From Paraglomus brasilianum (taxonomy: Eukaryota): 38,218 nt of DNA. The translations under genes were made by a program, and so were the position numbers. The notes under the pieces were generated by a model. The model had not been told where the DNA came from, made no database searches, and saw only the letters and a list, made by a program, of their open reading frames with translations. Positions 1 to 12,630 of the stretch are shown in pieces. Position 1 is the first letter of the stretch. The number at the start of each line of letters is the position of its first letter. The stretch spans positions 1 to 38,218 of the forward strand of contig CAJVPI010000263.1 in NCBI GenBank assembly GCA_910592345.1. The letters are read 5' to 3'.

Positions 1-405
1 TGTGGCGTATTTTATTTAGACGAACGTCATGCTTGTACGAGAATGACGTACACCTTTTATGACGTATTTATTCCACGTTTCGAGAAGACCGTAAACTTAT
101 TACAAGCATGGCGTGTATTTAATTTTACTTGTACGAGCATGACGTACCGTTTGTGACGTAGTTTAGTCTACGTTAGTATACTAGTCTACGTTTCTTGTAA
201 TATACGAGCATGACGTAACTTTTTATGACGCATTTTATTTACAAGCATGAGAATCATACGGTGACGTATTTTATTATACGTTTCTTATTGTACGAGCATG
301 ACGTAATTAATTCTACCGTTTCATTCTTGTGACGTATACTTTCTTGTTTGTACAAGCATGACGTAAACTTTTTGTGACGTATTTTATTCTACCGTTGACG
401 CATAC
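1..405. repeat. Degenerate tandem array of roughly 40-90 bp units, approximate consensus CTTGTACGAGCATGACGTA-(n)-TTTGTGACGTATTTTATT
   Basis: TGACGTA/TGACGCA occurs about 12 times in 400 bp, alternating CATGACGTA and TGTGACGTA; the array probably continues past the window start. Confidence 0.85.
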
Positions 406-1687
406 AAAAACTGGTTCATTGTAAGTAATTTTCGTAACTAAACATTCTATTCATAGAAATACACCATGGCTGATTCTCCCCTTGTGGTTGATTCTCCCCT
501 TCGATTTGAAAGCAACAAGGTGATAGAATCTTACGAGCAATGGTAAAATGGACATGTAAATTATAATAGTCGTATCTTTGAAGTAAAAAGGTAACAATGC
601 TTTTATTTCGGAACAGATATTAATTACTGGTAAGTTTGCTTATCTACATTCGTTGCACATTGATGGATCTATTCTAAATCAAAATTCCGTTATAGGTGGA
701 AAATGCTGTGACAGCAAAATATAATGCTGACATAGTACACACTTTGGAAAAAAAACTTAGTAAATCAAAAGCTGCGAAGCTAAGAAACAAATTGTATCAT
801 ACACTGGATATGCAGTTTCTTTAAAAGCAATTATCTTTATTTTTTATAAAAATTTTAATATCTAATTGTGAGCAATGCATGCCTCTATTCGCAATCAATT
901 AAGTTTAAATAGTTTCGTGTTTGTTTTTTTTTGGAATTCGCTTCTAATTCTTTAAGGCTTGTGGGACGTTCAGGACGTTTACGCAGTGATGTTTGAATAG
1001 TATGATTATTGCCGAACTTTGTTCACTTTGTTTACCCAACGATTGATCGTTCGCTTGATGCCAGAGTTCTCACCAATGAAACTCAGAAACGGTGACTTAT
1101 GCCAATTATAACAAAAAGATTTCTTGGAGTAGATATTGGAATTGTGTAGTCTATCAAGTTTTCATTAACCAATATAGTTTGACAATAACAAAACTTTTTA
1201 TTGCTGTGATCGCAGCATACTCGTACAATAAAGTCAACCTATATTCTATTTATTGATCAATCCAGCTCAATAAATATCCGAATCTATTTGTAAGTAAACT
1301 AAAGCTGTTACCCCCCATTACAAAGTAATTAAGAACCAATTATTAACAACCCATATAAAGACAACCCATAATCATACAACGTATTTACAGAATGCATTGC
1401 CAAGGAATACAGCTATTTCACATGGGGAGCATTGGGCAAGTAACGACATAAATTGGAACAATCTATACTTGGTTAAAAAAAAATGCATGGTGTAATTTAT
1501 GGGGTCTAAATTCGAATTTTAAGAGCCCACTTTCTCTAGCCTTTGCAATAACCAAGCAACAACACAGCCCCACACACAATAGGACACATGTGCGAAAATA
1601 CAGCCGTGGCACAAGTCTACAATAAAATATGAAATGATAACGTTCATCCAAACATTTATCGCTCCAAGTATAGTAGCACATTTTTGC

Positions 1688-3895
1688 CTACAGTTTCTCA
1701 ATCTCAATCTCGTCTGGATCCTTCGGGCCGGTCGCGAAAGTCGAGACACTTGCCCGGAATGGCGAAGACGAAAAGGACGTGAATGACGGCGCCAAAGTGT
1801 CTGAATATTGACCGATAGAGGATGAATAACTAGCACACGCATCGACACAGTCAAGATTATTGTATGCATTTGCGTAATCATCATACGCTTTGTTATCATT
1901 TTCATCATCGCTATACATGTCGACAATCTTGTGTTGAGGCTCAGGCTCTGGCGTCCTTGAAACAGTAACTTCTATAGATGCACCGCTTTTGTTCTCTTTC
2001 TTCTTCAAAAACCATTTGCTCTTGTTCTTCTTCTTCTTTGCCAATGGAACTGCCGAAATTATCGTCTGCGTAGAGCACACTGTGGGAGATGCGACACTTG
2101 TAGGGATGTAAGTGTTCTGACTAGTAGCACCCTGCTGATGTTGTTGGGAAGTGTCTTTTCCAGAATTTGCGCCATTACTGCCTATCTCGGTTCTTTGATG
2201 ATCTGAACCTTTTCCAATGAGAAAGGTACTAACAAACCAAACCATAAATTTACTTCTATTCTCTCTTCGTTCCATTTCGATCCTTGTTAACCTTTGTTCT
2301 AACTTTGTCATTCCCACAGGATTCAACGATAGTCTCATGTTCCCGCTCTTGAGATCTTTGACATTTGGGCGCATAGCATTTATGTAAGATCCACGGTGAG
2401 TTGATGATAACTTGCTTGAATTATTAGATGAGATTATTATGGTGGGTGAGAATGCTGTCAGTGGTGATAACGGTGACATTGGAGGAGAGAATGGTGAGCT
2501 GGGGCCGTATTTGGAAATGAGATCTTTTTTGATTTTGCGTAGTGCGTTGTGGATTGCTGGATCAAAGAGGAAAGCGAGGCAGTTGAAAAAGCCTGGAATA
2601 AAAGAGGTGAGAGCGGGGGAGGGGACGTGAAAGAAGACGGTACAGTAAAACGAATGAGTCAAATTAAAAGTTTTTGATCAAACTTGTCAATGCACAATTT
2701 GTTACCACCTAATATCTATATTCTTTTCAAGACTTACCAGGTAAAGAACTGCCAACAACACTCCAGACAACAACCCCGAATGGCGTCTCTGGCGCAACCA
2801 CGTCAAAAATATAAGTTACCACAATTCCTCCAACCGTAATTAGAGGAACAACGGCATACAGTGTAATGCGACTGACTAGCTTTAACACTAGTATCTCCTT
2901 TTGTCTTTCTTTCTCGCTCCTTCTCGACGAAGTTCCACCTCCAATTGACGCTATCTTTTTGTTGACAAACTTTATTTTAAAGACAATTATCGATAATATT
3001 ACAGTACAGTATATCATTGTGACAGCGCAAGGGATTATGAAGGTGAAGAGCTTCCAATAGAGAATAGCTTTGGGTGAGAACTCGTCTGTGCGGTAGAGGC
3101 AGGTACTGAAAGTGGACTCATAGCCGAAGACGTGGAATATGGCAGGTGGGAGATTTATGATGAAGGCGATGAATATGGCGGCTGGAATATACCATTTATC
3201 AGAAAAAGAAGCAACTTTACGTCTGTGGAGGAACACGAGCTATAAGGAGATGGGGAGGGGTTAGCAATGACGTAATACAGTGATGTAAATAAATAACATG
3301 ATAAGCATTGAAAATGAAAATTTCCATTTATCTTCTCCCCATTCACTCTTTTTTTTTTTCCATCCCTGCCTACCTGTAAATTGAATGCAATCATTACAGT
3401 CAAAAATAAATAACATTGGGGTAAAAATGACAAAGTCCATCCAAGAATCATGCATCCAATGTTATCTTCTCCTGAAACTCGCGTATACGCAATAACCGAG
3501 ATTGCAGCCAAAATATCGACAAACGATATCACAGCAGTCAGCCTGAGAGACACCCTGTTAACCAATTTCCTGTCGTATAGCCATATTGATATCATAACTA
3601 TCAAGACTATTAATCCTCCGACGATGCTGACTACGCTGAGCCAATTGTTCAAGTTATAGACAACATCTGCTTGGTAGACCAATTTATCGTAATCGGAGAG
3701 AGAGAAGGAATCATTAGAAAAAGTGGGAAAAGAGTCGGAGGAAGAAGGGTCGGAGGGATCGCCAGTGGGAGGATTAAAGTTGGGGATGTCGCTTGGGTCT
3801 GACGAAGTGTAGTTGTCATCGGGTGGTATGAATGAAGTATCGGTTACAGCATCAGAGAGGGCACGAATCATTTTGTGTATATGTTGAGCAGACAT
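1688..3895 (-). CDS. 7-TM G protein-coupled receptor, Git3/cAMP-receptor-like, about 642 aa; exons 3895-3374, 3239-2738, 2592-1688
   Basis: Three ORF blocks join in frame through canonical GT-AG introns. Ser/Pro/Asp-rich N-terminus with NYT/NDS sequons, seven hydrophobic segments, LVNRVSLRL after TM1, RITLYAVVPL in TM6, GFFNCLAFLFDPAI in TM7, long Ser-rich tail. Confidence 0.85.
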
Positions 3896-5852
3896 TGTAG
3901 AAAACAAGTTGAGGCCAAAGAGAATGTAATAGCGTGGAGAGGAAAATAAATATATAAAAAAAAAGAATGACAAGAAATCAAACTCGTCGTGAGGCAGAAT
4001 ACATCCGGGTGTATAATTTATAATTTTCAAGTAGTCACCACCTGAACGACGTCACGCCAATGAGAGTGAAGGGAGGAGGGTAATTGCCAACGGAAATGTC
4101 TAGTCGGATAATAGATAGGGTCGTAATTAAGTATTTTTACTTGATTCTCTTGTAAGCTAATACTGGAAATCGATGCTACGGCAATATTAAAATGATCGGC
4201 AGTAATATCAATAGAAATGTAATCGAATTGTCTTTGTATGGTGTCGCATATCGCAAAAGTTAGGAATCAATGGAAATTAACTGCCGTATTATGCATAATC
4301 GTGATAATCTTTGTATTTATATAGTAGATTATTAATATTTACTCTTTGCATTGTTATATCAAAACCCTAAAGCGGCATTTTGTCTCACATACTCAAATGT
4401 CAGTGGACAATAACCAGTTTTTCAAATGATCGAAAACATCACAGAAGGGATGCCGGTTATATCAAGTTGTTTATCTTCAACCTCATTGGTGAAGTGCTTT
4501 CTCGCTTGCATTTCCAGTATTCCGGAATGATATTATAATTGCTAAATATGTTATCCCATTTAAATATTAAAGCGTCTGTAATTGTGTGAGGGAAATGGGT
4601 CGCCGTTCCTTTAATATTTCTTGTCGGCAAGAAAAGAATGGAAACGACACTCACAGCATACCATCTGTCGTTATCATCGTTGATAATGGTACTTTGTTGA
4701 TAATTCTTTACGTCATCACATCTTTTATTAATGATCGTATGACGAATTCATATATATCCAACAAGGCATTTGCGCACCATCTGACGTTATAAATGAAAAG
4801 GCCTTGCGAATAGCATTGTTTATATTACGATCATTAACTTGAGTAATTAGGTGCATTGCAGGCAACAAACAACGCAAGCATAACTGATATTAGCATGACT
4901 TGGTATGATTACAAGTGATTACATCAACAGGGGGCAAATATCAAATCATGATGTACAGACAATGAATGCGACAACTGAAATCGCGTAACAGAAAAGTGTC
5001 ATCTGACTGAAATCCTGTTTAAAATACACGCGGTGCATATCAACAAGAATGTTACAGGTTCAACGTCTTTAACGACACTAATAACATGTTCTGTTTTGAT
5101 TATTGTACCAAGTTTCAGAAATTGTCGTTTTTTTTCCCTGTTTTGACAAACTGCTAACTTTATTGAGATGTTGATTAAAATATCTACCACTCATCTTTTC
5201 TATCGCAATTTAGCATCTGTTTACAAGTTTTTACGATCCTTGTTATGCGTATATGGAAAAAACACTACAATCCGGAACAATATCAGCATACATTGTGGCA
5301 GGATTAACCGAAACGGCTCGAATTGATGCATACATGCACAATGGTACTGTACTGTATATTTATTTCACTCTAATGCAAGACAAAATTGCGATAAAGACAA
5401 TAATTGGTATGTGTTAAATATGGCAACTGTGCACAGTTTGACTTTAAACTGGTTATGAAGACCGCAATGCTTTGCTCATTAATTTGAAATAATGCGCTGC
5501 TGATAATCAGTCATGATGGTATTACAAACAAGTGGTCAATTTAGAGTAGGAAAGTGGACTGAGCAACAGGTATGATTGCAATTTCCAGTGTAATTTCAAT
5601 AAGAGTAGTTGAGTATTTCCAGATTTTAAAAATAATTTTATCTTATTTTACTGTGTTTCATTTGTAAGCACTTTATGTGGGCTACAAAAAAATTTTCTGA
5701 CTCCACGAAAATCTTTAACAAACTCTGTCAGACATTATTGAATACAGCCCCGAATTAATTAAAACAAGCGTCTGATAATTTTTTTGGTAGGAACAAGAAT
5801 ACCTTACTTTTTGACATCTTCGTGTAATTCTAAACTTGTTAGTCGGTTAACA

Positions 5853-6592
5853 CAGTGAAATTCGATATAACGGATATCGCTTAATATGTTAGGACGGAGA
5901 TTTTTTGACGGAACCAAATTAAATGTGTCTTGATATATCGAAGATTATTAGTAATCTCTCTATAACGGATGTTAATCCAAACGTAATGATAAAAATATGC
6001 TTGCCCATATTAAGTATACATTGTCTGACCAATCAATTGTATCAATTTAAAAACCGAACGATCATAAACATCTGCTTCAAAGCGAATTACTTTAAATGGG
6101 GCACAAAAAAAAAGTAATTTTCGGTGTGGAATTGTTTTTATTTCGTATGTAAAATTAACATTTGTCGTAATTAACTTTGCAACTCTTGCGTGGGAAGACG
6201 TCACATTGAACGCAATTAGACGTAGCAAATCAAGATGCAAATTTGGAACTGTGAAAGCAGTATTAGAAAAAGGATTGTCAATAATGCAATTGAAGATTTG
6301 ATAATGTGGTAAAATGTGTTCAACTGAATAATTTAGATCATCAACGAAAGAGTTACATACCGGTAATCTCATTACATGAAACGCATTGAAGAGAAACAAA
6401 CTACGTTGGAAGGGTTTGTGAATTTTAGTGTCAATTGAATCTGTAATAAATTTACTTTTGAATCGTTGATTATAATGACTTGTTAATATGACGGAAATTC
6501 ACGTATTTATTATAATATCCGTATATCGCAAACTATCGATTTAGCGGAGGAAATGGTTGGAACCGTGTCCTCCGTTATATCAAAATTTACTG
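5853..6592 (+). mobile_element. Internally deleted pogo/Tigger-like (Tc1/mariner superfamily) DNA transposon
   Basis: Imperfect TIRs CAGTGAAATTCGATATAACGGA (5853) and TCCGTTATATCAAAATTTACTG (ends 6592), with subterminal copies of TATAACGGA. + strand remnants RITLNGAQKK and KQTTLEGF resemble pogo transposase N- and C-termini. Confidence 0.75.
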
Positions 6593-8193
6593 TGTAAATG
6601 TCTTGCACTCCAAAAGTGCAAATTAAACGTTTAGTGTTCGTCCTCGTAAAGATACAAATGAAGGACTTTGGCATGCATTTACTAATACAGTAGCCATAGA
6701 ACGATTTGACTTACGAGTTTAATTATTACTATAGATATTTGGAACACTACTGTATGATGTAGTATATTTGGACAATGAAAAGGCAGCCGCCTTGCCGTGC
6801 TCGTTCTATCAGAGATCGCTTACCAACGATTGTCTTATTTTCATACGTTAAACAAAACAACAGTTTCTGTTAAAAACAAGCCCGATAATGTTGCGACACA
6901 ATAGAAATGAGCTATTATGATAATGTTATAACATCGATACTATATTGCATATGTAGTTATCCATTTAATCGTTTACTTGGATTATCACGTGAGCAGATTA
7001 ATTATTTTCTCGAAAAAGCGCTATTAAAACAATTAGTACGACTTTACGAGTAGAAGCGTATACAATAATGCTGAAAAAAAACCCACATTTAAAACAGTAC
7101 CAAGCTATTTGTAAACTGATGTAGATTGTGTGGTAAGAGAATTTAGTAATAAATGTATCTTGAATGTTAAATTATCAGTTTTTATTTCCATCGAATTGGG
7201 ACATCGTAAAATGCTCAATATGAATTAGTTATTGATAAGACCATATCACTTTATACAGATTTATAAGTTTATTGTACATTCGAGCTATACTGATATAATC
7301 AGACGTATAATCAATACAAATAACTTTAGATGCGAATACGCTATGTGTTCTTGCTTAGCTGAGAAATAATATTCCATAGAACTTAATTGTAATGATCTGA
7401 ATGGTGCTTTATCCCTTCAGCAGTGACTAGCTCTCTGTGATTGTCGGTGGCCCCTTTACCATTCTGTTGGCACGCCCAAGAATACCATCTTTGGTTTTTG
7501 CGAGTAATCTTTTTTATCGTTGTTAGTTATTTTACAAGCAGAGGTTGCTGGGATAATTGCACGGTGTTGAACCCCCACATTATACTGTTTACAAAGACAA
7601 CTATTGTCCACAACATCTGTATTCATTCTTCCGCATTTAGATTAACGCTCCGAGGCTGATCACACATTTTCAATTCTATTACACTCGCTGCAAATATAAG
7701 CTCTTCTATAGATAGCCATAACTTGGTTATTTAATTTTATTGCCGACTTTATGATACTTCTGTTTGTACTTTATTTTACAAAAAGTTGGTAAATAAGCAA
7801 TATACGTGTAGTATATGAGAACAATATGTTCCGAGACTTTTACTATTACTATAGCGCAAACAATCCAACTACTTTAACTTGGTAACATGTATATTTAATA
7901 AGCGGAAATCTTTATTAGTCCTACAACGTAACGTATTCAGTTGATTATTTTGGTATTCGAGTATTTTGTGCGCAGAAAACACGATTGGCTAAATTGCAGC
8001 ATATAAACCGTATGTTTAATGCTATTTGCAAAATAAATTCATGCGTAAAAAGTTAAATGCATGAGACTTATTATTGTTGATGTGACGTTGTCATTTTTAT
8101 CGTTCTGTGTTTTCATTACCCGCTTATTTATAAATAATAATAATAACCATAGTTACACTTTATTATGATTGCATTTGTGACTATTAATAGACA

Positions 8194-8964
8194 TTATTCC
8201 AAAAATTTAACATCAATGGCTTTTGTAAACGAACGTTCATCGGTTGTCAATTTTGCCAACTTTGAGACATCTAATGGTGCACGTTTTGTGGTACCAGATT
8301 GTGCTACGGCAAATATTGATAAAATGTACTCAGTGCCATCGTCGGCAAAAACGTCAACGGCACCAACATCAGAAAGACTTGAATAAGTAAGGACTTTGTA
8401 ACCGTCAGGATCTTGATAAAATCTGGTAAGTAATAATTACGAAAATACATTTTTTAGTATCAAGGAATAAACATCAAGTAATCAACGATAAATAATTGAT
8501 CGGGCTCAATTATGGATTTTGCTAATACAATGTACGTTTACTTACTCATATATAAACTCTGCCGGTGTATATCCCCTTGACAGAGTCATTGCAGCCAACG
8601 AAGCCTGATAACCGACTAAAGAAAGTTCATAAACAAGCTCATTGACGCCTAAAAGACCAGACACCGTTCCCTTGGCCAATTTATAAAGATAATCAGCGGC
8701 AAATGTGTCCAGCTTACTAGTGGATATCGGGAAGCAAAGTAAAGGAGCAATAAATGTCAATAACACGGTTGCATATGACGTAGTTAAATGTGAGAGAGTT
8801 GTTATTTCTTACGAGTTGGCGGTCACAAGAGGAAGATTTAGTTTTTGTCGCACTACGTTAACAGCGTCAGCGATGGTCAGTGGAGCGCGCGTAGCAACGG
8901 GCGTGACAGATTGTACAAACAAGAAGGTAATAAGTATGGCGATCAATGCTTTGAATGCAATCAT
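8194..8964 (-). CDS. Small secreted protein, 183 aa, divergent CAP/SCP-like domain; exons 8964-8813, 8716-8546, 8422-8194
   Basis: Two GTAAG..AG introns join the ORFs in frame. Signal peptide MIAFKALIAILITFLFVQS. VNVVRQKLNLPLVTANSKLDTFAADY and GYTPAEFIYEFYQDPDGYKVLTYSSLSDVG match the spacing of CAP-domain motifs. The gene model is firm; the domain call is tentative. Confidence 0.75.
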
Positions 8965-9044
8965 TGTGTAAATTGGTTTCTGAACGTTGCTTTTTCTTAT
9001 CGGTAGACAAGAGCAATTGACCATGGCAACGACGTTGAAGCGAG

Positions 9045-9054
9045 TTTATATATA
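9045..9054 (-). promoter_or_regulatory. TATA box of the secreted-protein gene
   Basis: TATATATAAA on the minus strand about 80 bp upstream of the ATG at 8964. Confidence 0.5.
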
Positions 9055-10407
9055 GATTTGGATCAAGTATTAGTTCGTGTTTCTAGAATCCAATTCTAAA
9101 ATTAAATTCGGTGCAACGTCAAACAGCGTTTATTTTGAGGTAAGTGACACGTAATGCACGTAAGGGTGATCACCTAAAAAGGTAGTGTTTTGACAAAAAG
9201 AACAACAACCCTGCGCGTGTTCAATCATTGCATTTTTCGTACATACACAGGCCTATAATGTAAAGGCTGTGGATAATATCTTGTGTTTCTGAATCGGGGA
9301 TGCATCTCTTTATCATTTTATCCTTTGTTATGTCTTCATAGAATCAGTTACATTACACGAAGCCCTTTGGCTTGCATACTTCCAGCAAGAACTTTCGATT
9401 TTCCGGAAAAGCTCTCCGAAAAAGACAGTTCCCGCAGTATCTTGCTTTACTTCATTTATCACGCCGTCTTTCAACGGCATGTAGCAAATCAATCGGCTGG
9501 ACAGTCACCCGGCTCTTTTATGGATCCGAATAGTAGAATATACAATTTCAAGCATACATAAAACTCGCTGTGGGTCTTGTACGGGACTCGAAAAAAAAAA
9601 GGATCTAAAAATATACAGCCAGTGAACTCGTAGCATAAACCTCGTGTTTCGTTTCTTTGATGTTTAGGCGGCGGTACATTCGGTATTAGTATTACAAACA
9701 AGGCTTAGAGTCTACACTTTTTTTTTACAATGGGTAGTGTATACTTTGATGGTCAGATGAATGAGCTTTATCTATCGATATATAGTAAGTATGTCAATGA
9801 CTCCTGCTTTTGTGAATTCACCGCAAAACAAATGTGCATTAGTATTATGGTTATTATTATCGATTCACCAATAACAATAATCCAGTTATGTGATTATCAA
9901 TCTGTAGATTGTTTCTTTTCTAATACTATAAAGTCTTAACATTTTGCTCCGCAGCAAGTACAAACCACTTGTATGTGCATGCCAAACAAAGCTTAATGTT
10001 AAGTTTCGATTTTAGATAATGTGGGAATTTTGACGATTTCGTTCAAATTTCGTATATTAATATCCAGGTTCGCGCTAACCGCCTCCAAAACAGTTTTCTA
10101 GGTACCAACCTTTCTTCCTTTTATTAGGAGATGAATATGTATAGACAACCTTTTAATCGAGCTTCAAATAATACGTATGAATTCCCTTATTTCAATCTTC
10201 CTTTAAAGCACTTTCTAAATTTATAATGCTATTGTCAAGAAGATATAGGTATACGATATATTTGCTGTAAATGTATTCATTCACTCAACACGTTTTGATC
10301 GGCGTAACCGTCAGTATCAGACTCTTTTTATCAAAATCACTCGTAACTTTACCCAACTTTACGCTTTTGCATAAGAACCAATTTCCTTTCCATCTACACT
10401 TATTCTC

Positions 10408-10809
10408 CTATTTCGTGTTTTTCAAGTATCCCCCTTCTTCCAAAAACCTTTCTACGCTTTGCCTCTCTCCAGCGAAGATGGCTCTACCAGCTTGCCAATC
10501 GACTAGTATTGGTTTTTTATCCGCCTCTGGCTGATTTCTTGCCAGTTGCAAGAATTCCTCTGCGGTCCCCGTACCACCGTCTTCTGCCGCATTCCCAACT
10601 TCACTCTTGGCCGATTTATTCAAGTACGAGGAGATAAGCTGCGCCTGATCTGAAGTAGGAGGATTGCCTGCGTAATCGAGTACGTCTATAGAAAATGCAT
10701 CCGGATTCATGCGGAGAGAGGACCTGAGCAAGGATAATGTATTTCTAGAAGCTAGGTTCCCCGGGTTATGGAGCAGGGTTAATATTGGGGTTATTCGGAC
10801 ATTGGGCAT
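10408..10809 (-). CDS. FMP46: Fmp46/DUF1687 thioredoxin-like (ArsC-like) protein, 133 aa
   Basis: LTLLHNPGNLAS, PPTSDQ and KPILVDWQAGRA motifs typical of DUF1687; intact single-exon ORF. Confidence 0.75.
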   Translation of the reverse strand: MPNVRITPILTLLHNPGNLASRNTLSLLRSSLRMNPDAFSIDVLDYAGNPPTSDQAQLISSYLNKSAKSEVGNAAEDGGTGTAEEFLQLARNQPEADKKPILVDWQAGRAIFAGERQSVERFLEEGGYLKNTK

Positions 10810-11068
10810 TGTTTATAGCGAACAAAAAGTTGATGATGGCTTTGGGCAAAGTAAAAGGCGTATTTGTTTAATAATGACATGACATAATCACACGCTATAT
10901 TGTGACACGCATTATCTTATGAATTATTCCGGTCGGTACAGTCGACTGCCGATAATTCGGCTCTTATTGCATCTTTTTGTCTCTTCTTTATCAATGCTTT
11001 GAGCAAATAAGTAGCACATGCCCATGTGTTGCTTTTCGTCTAACTTTGATCTTTCTCTCAAACACAAG

Positions 11069-11510
11069 TCTTACGCATCCATACGAATATGAAATAAGTA
11101 ACATAGAATACCTGCAACATTTATTAAATAAAACTCCCGAATCAATATATCAACCACTCGAGAGTACACTGTTTACACTTGTTGAGACCGAGGAACAATT
11201 AGAAGAGATATGCAACCGATTAGAAGCTGCTCAAGAGATTGCTATAGATCTTGAGCATCACGACTACCGTTCATATCAAGGAATAACATGTTTGGCACAA
11301 ATAAGCACAAGACAAGAAGACTTTATTATTGATGCATTAGCGCTGCGACACGCTATGCATCAGTTGAATCAGTCATTCACTGATCCAAATATTGTAAAAG
11401 TACTACACGGTGCACAAATGGGTGTGCTTTGGCTTCAAAGAGATTTTGGTGTTTATATAGTGAATTTATTTGATACATTTCACGCATCTAATGTGTCGGA
11501 TTTTGGATAA
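11069..11510 (+). pseudogene. RRP6: Truncated fragment of exosome exonuclease RRP6 (part of the DEDD domain)
   Basis: HPYEYEI, IAIDLEHHDYRSYQGITCLAQISTR, KVLHGA and WLQRDFGVYIVNLFDTFHAS. Similarity stops after ASNV; no PMC2NT, ExoIII or HRDC; the ExoII Asp appears replaced by Gly (HGAQMG). Confidence 0.88.
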
Positions 11511-11756
11511 AGAGAGAATTACCTATGAAATTTACCAACTGATAGAAGTATAAACACCACTTATCAAGAAGATATTTCTGGACGAAGCCAACAAGAATTA
11601 AATTCTAGGAAGCGAGAATTACCGGAAACTTCCGAAGAATCAAGAAAAAAACGAAAATATAAAGAGTAAAGTATATATGTACTTTTAAGTACATTGTGTA
11701 GAAGAAATTTAACAAAACCAGACAAACTGCCCATAATTCGCAAGACCCGATTTTTT

Positions 11757-11830
11757 ATTAATTCGACCTGTACGTTAATTCGACCGACGACTCTGGAACG
11801 CAGGTGGTCGAATTAAAGGCACTTATTGCT
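11757..11830. mobile_element. Degenerate right-hand TIR of a pogo-like element
   Basis: TTAATTCGACC twice, then inverted GGTCGAATTAAAGGCACTTATTG. Same layout (direct copies, GGAAC, inverted copy, xxTG end) as the right end at 6510-6592. Confidence 0.55.
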
Positions 11831-12630
11831 TACAATGGGTATCAAAAGATACTTTCTGGGGAAGTAGTTTGATGGCCTGATGGTATCCATAATAGTTCCA
11901 CGTCGTCTTAATGCGTCCATGTATTCTGAAGAGCGCCAATTCGATTTCTGCCACTATTAGACGTTGGTGCATCTATTCATAATGGTGACTTGTGCACTCT
12001 GTATTAATATTAACCATGTAATGGCACCAAAACCAATATACCAAAATTGACAACAGCCAACAGTTTTGGTGCTTTTTTCTTTATTCTTTTGCTCAATTAC
12101 TCAATCAGTAATGGCACCAAAACCAATATTTCTTTGCCTTTTTTCCTTCCGTCTTTTCAGACAGTTCCCACGTAAGGCCCAATTTCGTGATTAACCGGTT
12201 CTATTCACAAGACATTTCCTTATCTTTGTAATTTTTCAAAGTGATGATGCGTGCGATGAATAATTCAATTAGAAATTGCGACCTGGGCAAATTGGGTAGC
12301 AGTCATGGCACAGGTGCCATATAAAAACTAAGAATCTTCAAGATGCGGAAGCCTGTTCGTTTAACAGGGAGCCATTGTTGCTGACTATCATAAGATGATG
12401 GAAAAATAAACCAATGATGCAAATTGATATTTAACCCCGAGGAATATATAAATCGAACCATAAATATGTCGCTTCAAATAAGCTATTCATAAATATACGA
12501 TATGATTACAGTATACACTTTGAAACTACAAACACAGCCATCTATTAACTTCAAGCAAACCAAATAATAATACCTCCATAAGAATAAAGAAAGCAGATTA
12601 CGTTTAACTATTCACACAATAAATTTCGGC

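Noticed and set aside
1..405. CRISPR array
   Set aside because: Repeats are degenerate with irregular, similar spacers; eukaryotic context; no cas genes.
466..1460. ORF-like fragments (MADSPLVVDSPLRF.., intron-like signals, minus-strand remnants)
   Set aside because: Interrupted by stops with no recognisable motif; probably decayed repeat DNA, cannot be assigned.
4457..7659. Short ORFs in the AT-rich intergenic region (and antisense ORFs overlapping genes throughout the window)
   Set aside because: No domains or consistent splice structure; expected by chance.
8809..8811. In-frame stop between two same-frame ORFs (readthrough or alternative genetic code)
   Set aside because: It lies inside a 96-nt GTAAGA..CTAG intron.
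12018..12130. 22-bp direct repeat GTAATGGCACCAAAACCAATAT
   Set aside because: Only two copies; a local duplication with no further structure.
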